From assembly GCA_045862955.1 (NCBI GenBank), contig BTVI01000017.1, positions 10,558 to 74,557 on the forward strand: a stretch of DNA of 64,000 nucleotides, written 5' to 3'. Shown one piece after another: positions 1 through 10,547 of the stretch. The position numbers were made by a program, and so were the translations under genes. The number at the start of each line of letters is the position of its first letter. Positions within the stretch are counted from its first letter, which is position 1. Below the pieces are notes generated by a model that saw only the letters and a list, made by a program, of their open reading frames with translations, ran no database searches and had not been told where the DNA came from. Source of the DNA: Fimbriimonadales bacterium. Lineage in GTDB: Bacteria; Armatimonadota; Fimbriimonadia; Fimbriimonadales; JABRVX01.

Positions 1-681
1 TATCACCGTTGCACCCTCTTTGAACCAGTCTGCGCGAAACATCTCACTCTTGCCGGTCCCACATACCACGATGTCGCCTTGCCGTGTTAGCTCTTTGACG
101 TTGGTGCTGTACTTATGGCAGATGGTGACGGTGGCGTTGGCAGTCAACATCATTAGCGCCATCGGCCTGCCCAGGATGAAGCTGCGCCCGCATATCACTG
201 CGTGCTTGCCGTGCAGCGGTATCTCATAGTGCTCGAGAAGTCGCATGATTCCTGCTGGGGTCGCACACCGAAACCCCTCGGTCTTGCTGACCAACGCACC
301 CAGTGAGAAGGGGGTGATGCCGTCCACATCCTTTGCCGGGTCCAGCACCGCTAACACGGGCCGCTCGCGGATGTGCTTCGGCAGTGGATGCTGAACCAAG
401 ATGCCGTGCACGTTACGGTCCTGATTCAGGAAGCGCACGGTGTCCTCCACTTGCTCTTGCGTTACACCCTCGGGCATATGGTGGAGCACCGCCGTGATAC
501 CCACGTACTCGGCCCGTTTCTTCTTCATCTTCACATAGGTGATAGAAGCCGGGTCGTCGCCCACCAGCACTATGTCGAGGCGAGGCTGCATGCCGGCTGC
601 GCGTAGGCGATCGATGCGCAGCTTGGCAGACTCCAGTTCCTGCTTTGCCAGTGCCGCTCCATCCATTACTACCGCGCTCAC
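1..681 (-). CDS. folD: Bifunctional methylenetetrahydrofolate dehydrogenase/cyclohydrolase (3' end runs off the window)
   Basis: Not in the ORF track. Manual translation from GTG at 681, overlapping the nusB stop, gives MSAVVMDGAALAK...LVGDDPASITYVKMK; the frame also contains the GRSFILGRPM motif. Typical nusB-folD synteny. Confidence 0.93.
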   Translation of the reverse strand, partial: MSAVVMDGAALAKQELESAKLRIDRLRAAGMQPRLDIVLVGDDPASITYVKMKKKRAEYVGITAVLHHMPEGVTQEQVEDTVRFLNQDRNVHGILVQHPLPKHIRERPVLAVLDPAKDVDGITPFSLGALVSKTEGFRCATPAGIMRLLEHYEIPLHGKHAVICGRSFILGRPMALMMLTANATVTICHKYSTNVKELTRQGDIVVCGTGKSEMFRADWFKEGATVI

Positions 682-1103
682 ACTTTGCCTCCCTTCGCCA
701 AGCCGTCGGCCAGCGCGCCCAGGACGCCGTTCACGAACCGCCCCGAGTCCTTCGTGCTGTACTTCTTCACGAGTTCTACTGCCTCGTTGATCGTGGCTGC
801 GGTGGGGATCCCAGGACAGAACATCAGCTCGTAGGCTGCCAGTCTCATCACGTTGCGATCTACGCACGCTTGTCTGTCCAGCGCCCACTCGTGCGACAAC
901 GCTTCAATGCGGCGGTCGATCTCGGCCTTGTGTGTGGTGACTCCACTGACCAACTCGTGTGCAAACTGCTTGGCGTCCTCGTCCAGCACTACGTCATGCA
1001 GGCAGTGCTGGACCGCGTCCTCGGGCGTCTGCTTACCGATCTCTATCTCGTATAGTGCGCGCAGCGCAACCTCGCGCGCAGTACGCCTACGTTTAGAGGC
1101 CAC
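678..1103 (-). CDS. nusB: Transcription antitermination factor NusB
   Basis: RRTAREVALRALYE, W-DR..DRNVMRLAAYEL, INEAVELVKKYS..SGRFVNGVL. Confidence 0.95.
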   Translation of the reverse strand: MASKRRRTAREVALRALYEIEIGKQTPEDAVQHCLHDVVLDEDAKQFAHELVSGVTTHKAEIDRRIEALSHEWALDRQACVDRNVMRLAAYELMFCPGIPTAATINEAVELVKKYSTKDSGRFVNGVLGALADGLAKGGKV

Positions 1104-2463
1104 TGCCCGACACCGCGGCGCCCCGCATCAGCCGCTGCAGCGTCTCCGTGGACCACCGGCCCTCGCGGAACTCCTCACTATCAATAATCTGAACTAGCAG
1201 ATCGCGGTTCGTCTTGATCCCACCTATGATGAACTCGCACAGCGCACGCCGGAGCCGGACGATTGCTCGAGGCCGATCCGCATCCCAAACAATCACTTTG
1301 GCGATCATCGGATCGTAGTATGGCGGGATGATGGCCCCGGAGTGTACGAAGGTGTCCACGCGCACACCCAGGCCACCCGGCACCACCCACTCCGTGACAG
1401 TGCCGCAGCTCGGGCTGAAATCCCTATCCGGATCTTGTGCGGTTAGGCGGGCTTCGATCACATGTCCCTTGCGCTGCACTTCGGCTTGCGTGAAACCGAG
1501 CGGTTCGCCCGCGGCGGCCAGGATCTGTTTGCGCACGATGTCCCTGCCGACCAGTTCCTCGGTAACCGGGTGCTCCACTTGCAGGCGCGTGTTCATCTCG
1601 ATGAAGTAATGGTTCCGATCGCGATCGACCAAGAACTCTACGGTGCCCGCACCCACGTAGTCCACGGCCTTCGCGAGCCGCACCGCATCCTCTCCCATTC
1701 GGAGCCGCACATCCTCGTCAATCGCAGGGCACGGAGCCTCCTCGATCAGCTTCTGATGTCTCAGGTTCTGCACCGAGCAGTCACGCTCGAACAGGTGAAC
1801 CACATTGCCGTGACGGTCGCCCATGATCTGCACTTCGACGTGGCGGGGCTCCACCAAGCATCGCTCCAGGTACACATCGCCGTTGCCGAAGGCGGCCGAG
1901 GCCTCGCTCTGCGCCGTGCTGAGAGCAGTTGCCAGTTCGTCCAGCGACTCCACCTTTCGGATGCCGCGGCCACCGCCGCCTGCAGCGGCCTTGACCAGCA
2001 GCGGGAAGCCGATCCGTTGGGCCTCCTGCAGCGCGTGGGCTTCGTCGGCCACGGGGTCCAACGTGCCGGGCGGGATGGGGACCCCTTGTTCGGCAGCAAT
2101 CTTTCGCGCCATCACCTTTTCGCCCATCCGCTCGAGGGTGTCCGGGCTGGGTCCTATGAAAGTAATGCCCAGCGCGGCGCAGCCCTCCGCAAAGGTCGCG
2201 TTCTCAGCGAAGTAGCCGTAGCCTGGGTGGATAGCGTCGGCGCCGGTGATTTGGGCGGCCATCAGCACGTTGGAGTCCACCAGATAGCTCTCCCCGTTCG
2301 GCCCCGAGCCTACGCAGACGCTCTCGTCGGCCAGACGAACGTGCAGTGCACCGCGGTCCGCCTCGGAATACACTGCGACCGTGTTTATTCCCATCTCGCG
2401 GCACGCGCGTATGATTCGAACGGCGATCTCTCCTCGGTTGGCGATCAGCACCTTCTTGAACAT
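1093..2463 (-). CDS. accC: Acetyl-CoA carboxylase biotin carboxylase subunit
   Basis: Starts MFKKVLIANRGEIAVR; IHPGYG, GGGGRGIR, EMNTRLQVEHPVTE, PPYYDPMIAK. Confidence 0.95.
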   Translation of the reverse strand: MFKKVLIANRGEIAVRIIRACREMGINTVAVYSEADRGALHVRLADESVCVGSGPNGESYLVDSNVLMAAQITGADAIHPGYGYFAENATFAEGCAALGITFIGPSPDTLERMGEKVMARKIAAEQGVPIPPGTLDPVADEAHALQEAQRIGFPLLVKAAAGGGGRGIRKVESLDELATALSTAQSEASAAFGNGDVYLERCLVEPRHVEVQIMGDRHGNVVHLFERDCSVQNLRHQKLIEEAPCPAIDEDVRLRMGEDAVRLAKAVDYVGAGTVEFLVDRDRNHYFIEMNTRLQVEHPVTEELVGRDIVRKQILAAAGEPLGFTQAEVQRKGHVIEARLTAQDPDRDFSPSCGTVTEWVVPGGLGVRVDTFVHSGAIIPPYYDPMIAKVIVWDADRPRAIVRLRRALCEFIIGGIKTNRDLLVQIIDSEEFREGRWSTETLQRLMRGAAVSGSGL

Positions 2464-2566
2464 GCGCCGGCAACTCCCCTTGGGTGTCCGCTCTGAGGCG
2501 GCCCACTTGGGTATACCCTGCTTCGCCCTCGGGTCCTGCCCCACAGGCAGCGGCGGGACGGAGTTG

Positions 2567-2932
2567 CTAGCGGCTAGGGCAGCCACACGAGGCCCGGCGG
2601 CGCGTGCGAGCGAGTAGCCAATAGGCCGGCCGGAGGATTGAGCGAACCGCTGCGAGACGCAGCAGCGGCGCGAGGCGGGACCAGCCGCGTAGACGCGCCG
2701 CGAGGTGGGGTAGAGCGTCTACGCCAGAAGCAGTCGTTCCGTCCGGCAACACGACGACCATCGCTTGCAGGCACTGCTCTACGGTTACCCCGGGGAACCG
2801 CATTCGCGCCTCCTCGGATTCGCACGCGAGCGTCTCTAATGACGCGGGCCTGGCCCGCCGCATCGCCCATGCCGCCCAGCGAGTGCAGCGTGGGCAGCCC
2901 CCATCGTAAATCAGCGTCAATCGCTCCACCAT
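2567..2932 (-). CDS. DCC1-like thiol-disulfide oxidoreductase (DUF393)
   Basis: LIYDGGCPRC N-terminal DxxCxxC motif; C-terminal Y..LARTR. Confidence 0.8.
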   Translation of the reverse strand: MVERLTLIYDGGCPRCTRWAAWAMRRARPASLETLACESEEARMRFPGVTVEQCLQAMVVVLPDGTTASGVDALPHLAARLRGWSRLAPLLRLAAVRSILRPAYWLLARTRRRASCGCPSR

Positions 2933-3046
2933 TAGGTCCTACGCATTTTCGGTTTCGCGCATCAGCGTCCCCCTGCCACCCCCAAAAAGCAGGTGCCACG
3001 CCTCGACTGCGGAACCGAAGCGATGGGTAACCCGAAAGGAGCAGCC

Positions 3047-4165
3047 ATGATCGCACCCACACCCCCCATGGGCTGGAATAGCTGGAACACGTTCGGTGGC
3101 GAGATCAGCGAGGAGCTGGTGAGGGAGACCGCTCAGGCGATGATCGAGCAGGGGTTCGCCGACGCGGGATACCGATACGTCAATCTCGACGACCTGTGGC
3201 AAGCGCCGGAACGCGGCCCCGACGACCGGCTGGTGCCCGACCCGCACAAGTTTCCGAGCGGGATCGAGGCGCTCGCAGACTACGTTCACTCCAAAGGTCT
3301 GAAGTTCGGCATCTACTCTTGCGTCGGCACCCACACATGCGCGCGCGTGCCGGGCAGCTTCGCTCACGAGGAGCTGGACGCGCAGACCTTCGCCGAATGG
3401 GGTGTCGACTTCTTGAAGCACGACTACTGCTACCTGCCGGAGGGCGTTTCGGGCCCGATGCTGTACCGGCGCATGGGCCAGGCCTTGCGTGCGACCGGTC
3501 GGCCGATTCTGTTCAGCGTCTGCAACTGGGGGCGCGAGGAGCCGTGGAAGTGGGCTGCCAGTACCGGCGCACAAATGTGGCGGACCGGACCCGACATCGT
3601 GGACACGTGGGAGAGCATCTGCGACATGGGTTTCCGGCAGGCGGGTCTGGAGGCGTACGCGGGGCCCGACCACTGGAACGACCCGGACATGATGGTGATC
3701 GGGATGTACGGCAAGGGAAACGCCTCTACAGACCAGACGCCGACCGACACCGAGTACCGTACCCACTTTTCTCTCTGGTGCCTGATGGCCGCGCCCTTAC
3801 TGATGGGCTGCGACGTGCGAAACCTGAAGCCCGCCGCCCGCGAGATCCTGCTGAACCGAGAGGTGATTGCGGTGGACCAAGACCCGCTCGGGCGACAGGG
3901 TTTTCGGGTGGGCAAGAGCTGGTTGGTGGGCGAGGTATGGGCGAAGCCCCTAGCCGATGGCTCGGTGGCGGTGGGGCTGTTCAACCGGCATGATACGGAA
4001 CGCCATCTGGTCGGGGTCGCTTGGGAGAGTCTCGGCATTCACGACCGGCGACGGTGCGTCGTCCGGGACTTATGGGCGCACGAGGACGTCGGCGAGTTCC
4101 GCGGCAGCTACTCGCAGTACGTCGAGCCGCACGGATGCGGGCTAGTGCGGTTGCGGCCGGTGTAG
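3047..4165 (+). CDS. Alpha-galactosidase, glycoside hydrolase family 27
   Basis: TPPMGWNSWN, YVNLDDLW, WGVDFLKHDYC, WNDPDM; AAAGGA RBS before ATG 3047. Confidence 0.92.
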   Translation: MIAPTPPMGWNSWNTFGGEISEELVRETAQAMIEQGFADAGYRYVNLDDLWQAPERGPDDRLVPDPHKFPSGIEALADYVHSKGLKFGIYSCVGTHTCARVPGSFAHEELDAQTFAEWGVDFLKHDYCYLPEGVSGPMLYRRMGQALRATGRPILFSVCNWGREEPWKWAASTGAQMWRTGPDIVDTWESICDMGFRQAGLEAYAGPDHWNDPDMMVIGMYGKGNASTDQTPTDTEYRTHFSLWCLMAAPLLMGCDVRNLKPAAREILLNREVIAVDQDPLGRQGFRVGKSWLVGEVWAKPLADGSVAVGLFNRHDTERHLVGVAWESLGIHDRRRCVVRDLWAHEDVGEFRGSYSQYVEPHGCGLVRLRPV

Positions 4166-4278
4166 AGGCTGTGCACGCGTAGCTCGCAAGCACCTGTAAC
4201 CGTGGGACCGAATCGCGCATCATAGCGCACAGGCACATACCGGGGCCGAGTAGCCCCCCGTTGCTAGAGGAGGATTCG

Positions 4279-5760
4279 ATGAGAAGTTTGCTCCTTATTG
4301 CCACCGCGATGGTGGTGCACGCCGCTGCCCTCGCCGACGAGCCGAAGAACCTCGCCTTCGACACCAAGCTCGACCGGATCGTGGTGTTCAAGGAGGGCTT
4401 CGGCTTCTACATCCGCCAGGGTCAAGCGCGGCTCGAGAACGGCTGGGCCACCACCAGCCTCGCCCCCGCAGCCGTAAACGGCACGTTCTGGGTTTTCCCG
4501 ACCGCCAAAGCGGATCGGATCGAGCAGCTCGTCGCCACGCGCGACAACACCATCCCCTTCAAGAAGCCGGAAGAGATTCGCCCCGCGCTGGAGGACAAGA
4601 TCGGCTTGCGGCTCAGCGTCACTGCCAACGACAGGGAGAACATCGGGAAGCTCTCCGGCCTGCTGCCGAACATGCTCCTGTTAGAGGAGAACAAGCAGTT
4701 CACCGCCGTGTCCTACGACACCGTACAGTCCATCAAGCTAGTCGGCTACCCGCTGCGCATCAAGCTGAAGACCCCCAACCCGACCCGGCCCGCAGGCTTC
4801 GTGTTCGGCTACGTGCAAGATGGCGTGAGGTGGGAGCCCGGCTACCTGCTTCAGGTGGGCGACGGGGGGAAGGCCACGCTTACGATGCGCGCCACCCTGC
4901 TCGGTATTCCGGAAAAGGTGGAGAACGTCACCGTGCAGTTCGTGGTGGGAGCACCGATGATCAGCGAGCGGGGCCGTATCGAGACCCTGCTCCGCGCCCT
5001 CGCAGCCGTTACCGGCCGGACGATGGAACTGGATGCAGGCATGATGAATCAGGTTCGCGACGAGATGGCAAGGCGCAGCCCAGGCGGAGCCGGTGGGAGG
5101 CCGGCACCGGCCGAGGACTACGAAGGCGCACCGATCCAGCTCGGGGGCGAGGAGTCGGGAGAGCTGTTCTATTACACGGCAGAGGGCATCAGCATGGGCC
5201 CGAGCGACGTGGCGTCCATCACCATCTTCGAGCATGCTGTCAGTGTCGAGCCGCGGTTCGAGTGGCAGGCCGATACCGACACCCTCACCTACATCCTGCA
5301 GGTGAAGAACGAGACCGGACTGCCCCTAACCACGGGTCCGGCATTCGTGCTGGGCGACGAGAAGCCGCTCGGACAGGGTCTCATCCGCTACACCCCGAAC
5401 GGCGCCACCTCCGAGGTCCGGCTCGCGAGCGGCGTCGGCATCCGAACCTCAGTCAGCGAAGTCGAGGTCTCGCGCGGAGAGCCGTTCGTGGTCAACGGAC
5501 GACGGCGCGTCACCGTGCAGATGAAGGGATCGCTGGAACTGGAGAACTTCCGTTCCGAAGCCGCCAAGGTGAAGATTCTGCGCACCGTCAAGGGCAAGAT
5601 GCTGAGCGTTGGGGACGGCGGCACGGTGAAAACGACTTCGCTAGTGCGCGACGGCTCCGAACCCACGAACACGCTGGAGTGGTGGGTGGACGTGAAGCCA
5701 GGCGAGAAGCGCGCCGTGACCTACACCTACGAGGTGACGATACTGGCAGACATGGGCTGA
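4279..5760 (+). CDS. Secreted DUF4139-like protein
   Basis: Signal peptide; IVVFKEGFGF start, W.P.Y motif, C-terminal TLEW.VDVKPGEKRAVTYTY; GAGGAGG RBS. Confidence 0.6.
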   Translation: MRSLLLIATAMVVHAAALADEPKNLAFDTKLDRIVVFKEGFGFYIRQGQARLENGWATTSLAPAAVNGTFWVFPTAKADRIEQLVATRDNTIPFKKPEEIRPALEDKIGLRLSVTANDRENIGKLSGLLPNMLLLEENKQFTAVSYDTVQSIKLVGYPLRIKLKTPNPTRPAGFVFGYVQDGVRWEPGYLLQVGDGGKATLTMRATLLGIPEKVENVTVQFVVGAPMISERGRIETLLRALAAVTGRTMELDAGMMNQVRDEMARRSPGGAGGRPAPAEDYEGAPIQLGGEESGELFYYTAEGISMGPSDVASITIFEHAVSVEPRFEWQADTDTLTYILQVKNETGLPLTTGPAFVLGDEKPLGQGLIRYTPNGATSEVRLASGVGIRTSVSEVEVSRGEPFVVNGRRRVTVQMKGSLELENFRSEAAKVKILRTVKGKMLSVGDGGTVKTTSLVRDGSEPTNTLEWWVDVKPGEKRAVTYTYEVTILADMG

Positions 5761-5762
5761 GA

Positions 5763-7076
5763 CTAGCGAAGGGACCGGGCGGCGGCGAGAAGCGCGTCGA
5801 GTAGGTGCGGGCCGTGGAAGGAGACGGTAGCCTCGTAGCCACCTCGGGCGTACTCCTCGGGTGTAAGCACGTATCCCACCCAGTCGCCCGCGAAGGACAC
5901 CACGAAGTCGGCCCGCGCGGCACGCCGAAGCTCGGCGCCTGCTCGAGTGGTGGGCTCACCGGGCACGAAGAGGACGCGCCAGCCGCCGATCTGCAGCAGA
6001 CGCATGGGCGCCACGGGCGGCGCGAAGCCCTGCACCACCGGACCGAGCAGGCCTTTGGGGATGCCCTGAGCCGCCATCTCCTGGACCAGCTCGGGGTGGG
6101 GCTGGGCGGGAGGAAGTGAGGCCACGGCAGTGCGGACGAGGAGCCCCCCATTCACCGCAGGCTGCAAGTTGCGAGCACCCGATATCACTGGCAGCAGGGC
6201 GCGGGCGTACAGGGCCACCCGTTCGTCGTCGTCCCTGCCTTTGTCGGCGATGGGGGAGCGGTCGCCGAGAGCGCCGTTCAGGAACAGGAGGTGGGCCCCG
6301 GGATTGCGCCGTTCCCAGCAGCGAGCCAACTCTCCCGGCCACTCGGCCGATATCTTCAGCATCTTGTCGTCGAAGATCGTCGGGTGGGCAGCGTAGTTCA
6401 CCAGCAAGGCGAGTGGTGTACCCTCCGCGCGTCGGAACTCGGCGACGTGCAAGACGTCCGGCTCGGTATGTGGTGCAGTTCGGCGCCGGAGTAGCTGCGG
6501 CAGGCGGCCGAGCGCGGGGCCGCGGCAGCTAGGCAGGGAGGCCTCGGTGGGCCGCCTGCCGCGGCTGAGACCTGCTTCTGCAGAGGCGGTCCAGAGCGTC
6601 ACGGGCTCTCGACCAGCGTCCGCTGTTCGGATGGCGTTCGCGATGCGCTCGGCGGTCCAGTCCAGCGCCTTCTGGTCGAAGGTGGCGATGCCGGGTACTG
6701 GAAACTTCATGCGGCGGTTGAGCCGCTGGCTGTCCGGCGCGCAGTGGGTGTGTGTCGCGCATAGGACGAGGTCTTGCTCCTTCCAGTCGGGGAGACGCGC
6801 TGCAACCGCTTCCGACAAAGATGCGGGGACGGTGAGCAGGTCACACGACACGATGGCGAAGCGCTGACCGCCCGATGAGAGCACTAGAGCGGTAGCACCG
6901 ACCTCGTCGCGCACGCCGATGGCCTTTTTGTTGCCTCGGGCCGTGTAGCCGCCCAACGGGACCTTCTCGGCACGCGGGTCCGGCGTCAGGCTGACCCGAG
7001 CTACCCCAGCGGACAGGTCGGCGCCGGCGATTGCGGCGAGAAGGATCAGCAAGGTGGTGAGGATGGCTCGCTGCAC
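5763..7076 (-). CDS. Neutral/alkaline ceramidase-family hydrolase, secreted
   Basis: AGVARVSLTP..PLGGY, CATHTHCAP, VNYAAHPT, FLNGALGD, PGEP, GGYE; start inferred at GTG 7076. Confidence 0.8.
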   Translation of the reverse strand: MQRAILTTLLILLAAIAGADLSAGVARVSLTPDPRAEKVPLGGYTARGNKKAIGVRDEVGATALVLSSGGQRFAIVSCDLLTVPASLSEAVAARLPDWKEQDLVLCATHTHCAPDSQRLNRRMKFPVPGIATFDQKALDWTAERIANAIRTADAGREPVTLWTASAEAGLSRGRRPTEASLPSCRGPALGRLPQLLRRRTAPHTEPDVLHVAEFRRAEGTPLALLVNYAAHPTIFDDKMLKISAEWPGELARCWERRNPGAHLLFLNGALGDRSPIADKGRDDDERVALYARALLPVISGARNLQPAVNGGLLVRTAVASLPPAQPHPELVQEMAAQGIPKGLLGPVVQGFAPPVAPMRLLQIGGWRVLFVPGEPTTRAGAELRRAARADFVVSFAGDWVGYVLTPEEYARGGYEATVSFHGPHLLDALLAAARSLR

Positions 7077-7337
7077 GCCCCATTCTGGCCCATCGGCGCC
7101 TACGCAATCACCCCGGCCGCATTCCTGGCACGGGCGAGCTCTTTGCGGACCTTGCGTGGCAGTCTCTTCCGCACGCTGGAGACGGCCTGCCGGCTGCAAT
7201 TTGCGGCACGGCTGGCCTGGGATCTCACGCGGCGAACGCAGAGATCCGCAGAGAGCGCGAAAGAGGTCGTTGCGATGCGATTGCGGGCGAAGGCAGGACT
7301 GCAGAGCTACCGAGGCGCAAAGCGCGAGCAGGCTCGC

Positions 7338-7425
7338 GCACTCCCAAAGCCCTCCCAAAGCCTTCCCAAAGCACTCCCAATGCCTTCCCAAAGCCCTCCC
7401 AATGCCTTCCCGAAGCACTCCCAGG
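7338..7425. repeat. Eight tandem 11-bp units, consensus GC(A/C)(C/T)TCCCAA(A/T)
   Basis: Read directly from the sequence, in the divergent intergenic region. Confidence 0.9.
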
Positions 7426-7493
7426 GCCGCGGCGCTCGGCACACTACCATGGAGGCAGGAGCGAGGTGCAGGGAGGCGGAAAAGGACGGGACT

Positions 7494-10400
7494 ATGGTGT
7501 TCGCGGTAGTCCTTTTCGCATTGTCACTCAGCCCCGATGCGGTGATCGGGGCAAGAACGCCCGCTCTCTCGCCCGACGGCAAGACCGTCGCTTTCTCCTA
7601 CCTCGGCGACATCTGGACAGCGCCGACTTCGGGCGGACGGGCCACGCGTGTCACCGTACATGTGCGTCACGAGATTCGACCCCAGTTCTCGCCAGACGGA
7701 AAGCAACTCGCCTTCTCCAGCGACCGAGAGGGCGGCTACGACGTGTACGTGATGGATGCGGCGGGGGGCAAGCCGAAACGCCTCACCTACCACTCGGCAT
7801 CCGACATGGTTACCGACTGGACTGCGGACGGCAAGAAGGTGCTGTTCCTGTCGAACCGCGAGGCACGGCGTACCGCCGTGTATGCCGTGGACGTGATGAC
7901 GGGGGCCACCACGCGGCTGACCGACGAAGACTACCAGTATTGCTATGCCGCCAGCGCATCTCCAGATGGCAGACGCCTCGCCATCACTCGTGGCGCTGCC
8001 GCATGGTATCGCAAGCGCTACAAGGGTGGTGGGCAGTTCGACATCTACACCTACGCTCCCGAATCTCGCGAGTACGAACGACTGACCGACTGGGAGGGTC
8101 AGGACCATTGGCCGATGTGGACGCCGGACGGGCGCAGCGTGGTGTTCGTAAGCGAGCGGTCCGGAGCGTTCAACTTATGGCGAATGCCCGCCGGTGGTGG
8201 CAATCCGACACAGCTCACGACCTTCGCCGATGGCATGGTGCGGTACCCCTCCATCGCGCGACGGTCGGGAGACATCGTGTTCGAGTACGGCCCCGACCTG
8301 TACCACCTCCCGCCCGGCGGAAATCCCAGGCGAATAGCCCTGCAAGCAGCGACCGACGATCCGTTCAACCTGACGGAGCGCCGCACCCTCACCTCGGGTG
8401 CGTCCGACTTGGCGGTGTCGCCGGACAGCAAGCGGCTGGCATTCGTCCTCTATGGAGACATCTACAGCGTCTCGGCAGATGGCGGCACGGCAAAGCGCCT
8501 AACCAGCGGCCCTGCCGTGGAGTCCGACCCGGCTTACAGCCCGGACGGCAAGCAGATAGCGTTCCTCAGCGAGCGCAACGGCACTCCGCAGGTATGCATC
8601 ATGGGCACGGACGGCAGCAACCTTCGCGAGCTCAGCACAGGTGGTGGGCCGAAGGAGGACGTAGGCTTCTCGCCGGACGGGAAACACGTGTATTTCGTCG
8701 AGGGGCCGAGCGGCGTGGCGCTGTGGAGAGTGGCTGCCGAGGGTGGGCCCGCCGAGAAGGTGCGGCCCGGCCCATCACTGGATAGCTGGGCCGTGTCGCC
8801 GGATGGCAAGTGGCTGCTCGTATCGAGGAGCGAGATTCGCGAAACGTGGGATGTCGAACTGATGCCCACCGACCTCTCGGCACCACCCGTCAACATAACG
8901 CGCAGACCCGGCTACAACAGTTACGTTCGCTGGATCGGGGACGGGCGACAGATCGCGTACGTGTACCGCGATAACTGGCGTCGGGGTCTGGACCCGGCCA
9001 TCCACGTCCTGCCCCTGGAACGCAAGCCCGATAAGCTGGACGACGAAGCGGCGGACGAAGCGGACAAGGACAAGGAAAGGCCGCTGCAGGTGGATTGGGA
9101 GGACATCCACACCCGAGCGCGCCAGGTCGCGTCCTATGCAGGGCAGCAGCACGAGTTCGCGGTGATGCCGGATGGAAAGACCATCGTGTTCGTCGCTGCG
9201 CCGGATGGCACGCGCCGCTTCTACTCGGTGGGAGTGGGCGGCGAGAACCTGAAGCCCCTTGCCACTGCAACCACTGTTAGCGGGAGTTTGATCCCCGACA
9301 AGGCCGGCAAGAAGGTGTACTACATCGGCAGCGGTGGGAGTATTCAGACCGTATCGCTGGACGGTACTAGCGGTCGCGTGGCCTTCACGGCGGAGATCAC
9401 GGTGGATAGGCGGGACGAGTCCAAGGCGCTCTTCCATCAGGGGTACTGGATACTTAAGCACTACTTCTACGACCCGGGGATGCACGGTGTGGACTGGGAT
9501 GCCGTGCGGGCGGAGTACGAGCCTTTCATCGAGCGGACTTACCACAACCAAGACATGACCTACTTCTTTACTCTGATGCTCGGTGAGCTGGGAGCGAGCC
9601 ACTTGGGATTCAGCATTCCCGAGGACTCGCCTCGTCCCACTGGCAACCTCGGCGTACTGCTCGATGAAACACACACCGGGCCTGGCGCGCGAGTGGTGGA
9701 GGTGGTGAAGCGAACACCCGCCTCTAGGCCCGAGAGCCTGCTGTCCCCGGGTGACACGATCTTGCAAGTGGACGGCAAGCCGGTTCAGCACAACGAGTCG
9801 CTGCACGAGTTGCTCGATGGCACCGTCGGCAAGGTAGTGACCCTCGAGGTCTCCAACGGGACGGAGAAGCGAGAGGTGCGAATCCGCCCCATCAGCGGTT
9901 CGGCACTGTCCGAGGCGCGCTATGAGAACATGGTAGACACTCGGCGTGCGGCCGTGTTGGAGCAGTCCGGCGGCAAGCTGTACTACATGCACATCCAGAG
10001 CATGAACCTTCCTTCCCTGGAGCGGTTCGAGAGGGAGCTTTGGCGCGACGCCGCGCCCTACGAGGGACTGATCTTGGATGTTAGGGGCAACGGCGGCGGG
10101 CACATCGCGACCTTCCTATTAGAGGCGCTGGAGCGGCGCGCCTACGCCTACCGGCAGAATCGCGGTGAGGAGCGTTTGGAGGTCTCACCCTCGCGCGTGT
10201 GGCGCAAGCCAACCGTGCTGCTGATCGACGAGGGCAGCGCAAGCAACTCCGAGATCTTCGCCTCGGGTTTCCGCGACTTCGGCCTCGGCAAGATCGTGGG
10301 TACTCCGACTGCCGCAGGCGTGATCGGTACCAGCGATCGTACGTTGTTCGACGGACGGACCACCATTCGCGTACCCTTCGTATGGGTTCGTCGGCTGGAC

Positions 10401-10547
10401 GGTACGACCATGGAGAACACCGCCGTGCAGCCGGACATCCTGGTGCCTATCGGGGTGAAAGACATCCTCAACCGGAAGGATATACAGTTAGAGCGAGCTG
10501 TGAAGGAGTGCATGGAGGCGGTGCGACGGGGTCAGGCACCACGCTAA
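7494..10547 (+). CDS. Tricorn-like S41 protease (PD40 beta-propellers, PDZ, S41 catalytic domain)
   Basis: Repeated SPDGK motifs; LILDVRGNGGG, SASNSEIF, GKIVGTPTAAG. Confidence 0.92.
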   Translation: MVFAVVLFALSLSPDAVIGARTPALSPDGKTVAFSYLGDIWTAPTSGGRATRVTVHVRHEIRPQFSPDGKQLAFSSDREGGYDVYVMDAAGGKPKRLTYHSASDMVTDWTADGKKVLFLSNREARRTAVYAVDVMTGATTRLTDEDYQYCYAASASPDGRRLAITRGAAAWYRKRYKGGGQFDIYTYAPESREYERLTDWEGQDHWPMWTPDGRSVVFVSERSGAFNLWRMPAGGGNPTQLTTFADGMVRYPSIARRSGDIVFEYGPDLYHLPPGGNPRRIALQAATDDPFNLTERRTLTSGASDLAVSPDSKRLAFVLYGDIYSVSADGGTAKRLTSGPAVESDPAYSPDGKQIAFLSERNGTPQVCIMGTDGSNLRELSTGGGPKEDVGFSPDGKHVYFVEGPSGVALWRVAAEGGPAEKVRPGPSLDSWAVSPDGKWLLVSRSEIRETWDVELMPTDLSAPPVNITRRPGYNSYVRWIGDGRQIAYVYRDNWRRGLDPAIHVLPLERKPDKLDDEAADEADKDKERPLQVDWEDIHTRARQVASYAGQQHEFAVMPDGKTIVFVAAPDGTRRFYSVGVGGENLKPLATATTVSGSLIPDKAGKKVYYIGSGGSIQTVSLDGTSGRVAFTAEITVDRRDESKALFHQGYWILKHYFYDPGMHGVDWDAVRAEYEPFIERTYHNQDMTYFFTLMLGELGASHLGFSIPEDSPRPTGNLGVLLDETHTGPGARVVEVVKRTPASRPESLLSPGDTILQVDGKPVQHNESLHELLDGTVGKVVTLEVSNGTEKREVRIRPISGSALSEARYENMVDTRRAAVLEQSGGKLYYMHIQSMNLPSLERFERELWRDAAPYEGLILDVRGNGGGHIATFLLEALERRAYAYRQNRGEERLEVSPSRVWRKPTVLLIDEGSASNSEIFASGFRDFGLGKIVGTPTAAGVIGTSDRTLFDGRTTIRVPFVWVRRLDGTTMENTAVQPDILVPIGVKDILNRKDIQLERAVKECMEAVRRGQAPR

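Noticed and set aside
1093..2932. accC without adjacent accB
   Set aside because: Separation of acc genes is common and not informative from one window
7077..7493. Long N-terminal extensions of the ceramidase-like and tricorn-like ORFs
   Set aside because: They overlap each other and translate the 11-bp repeat; signal peptides start at 7076 and 7494
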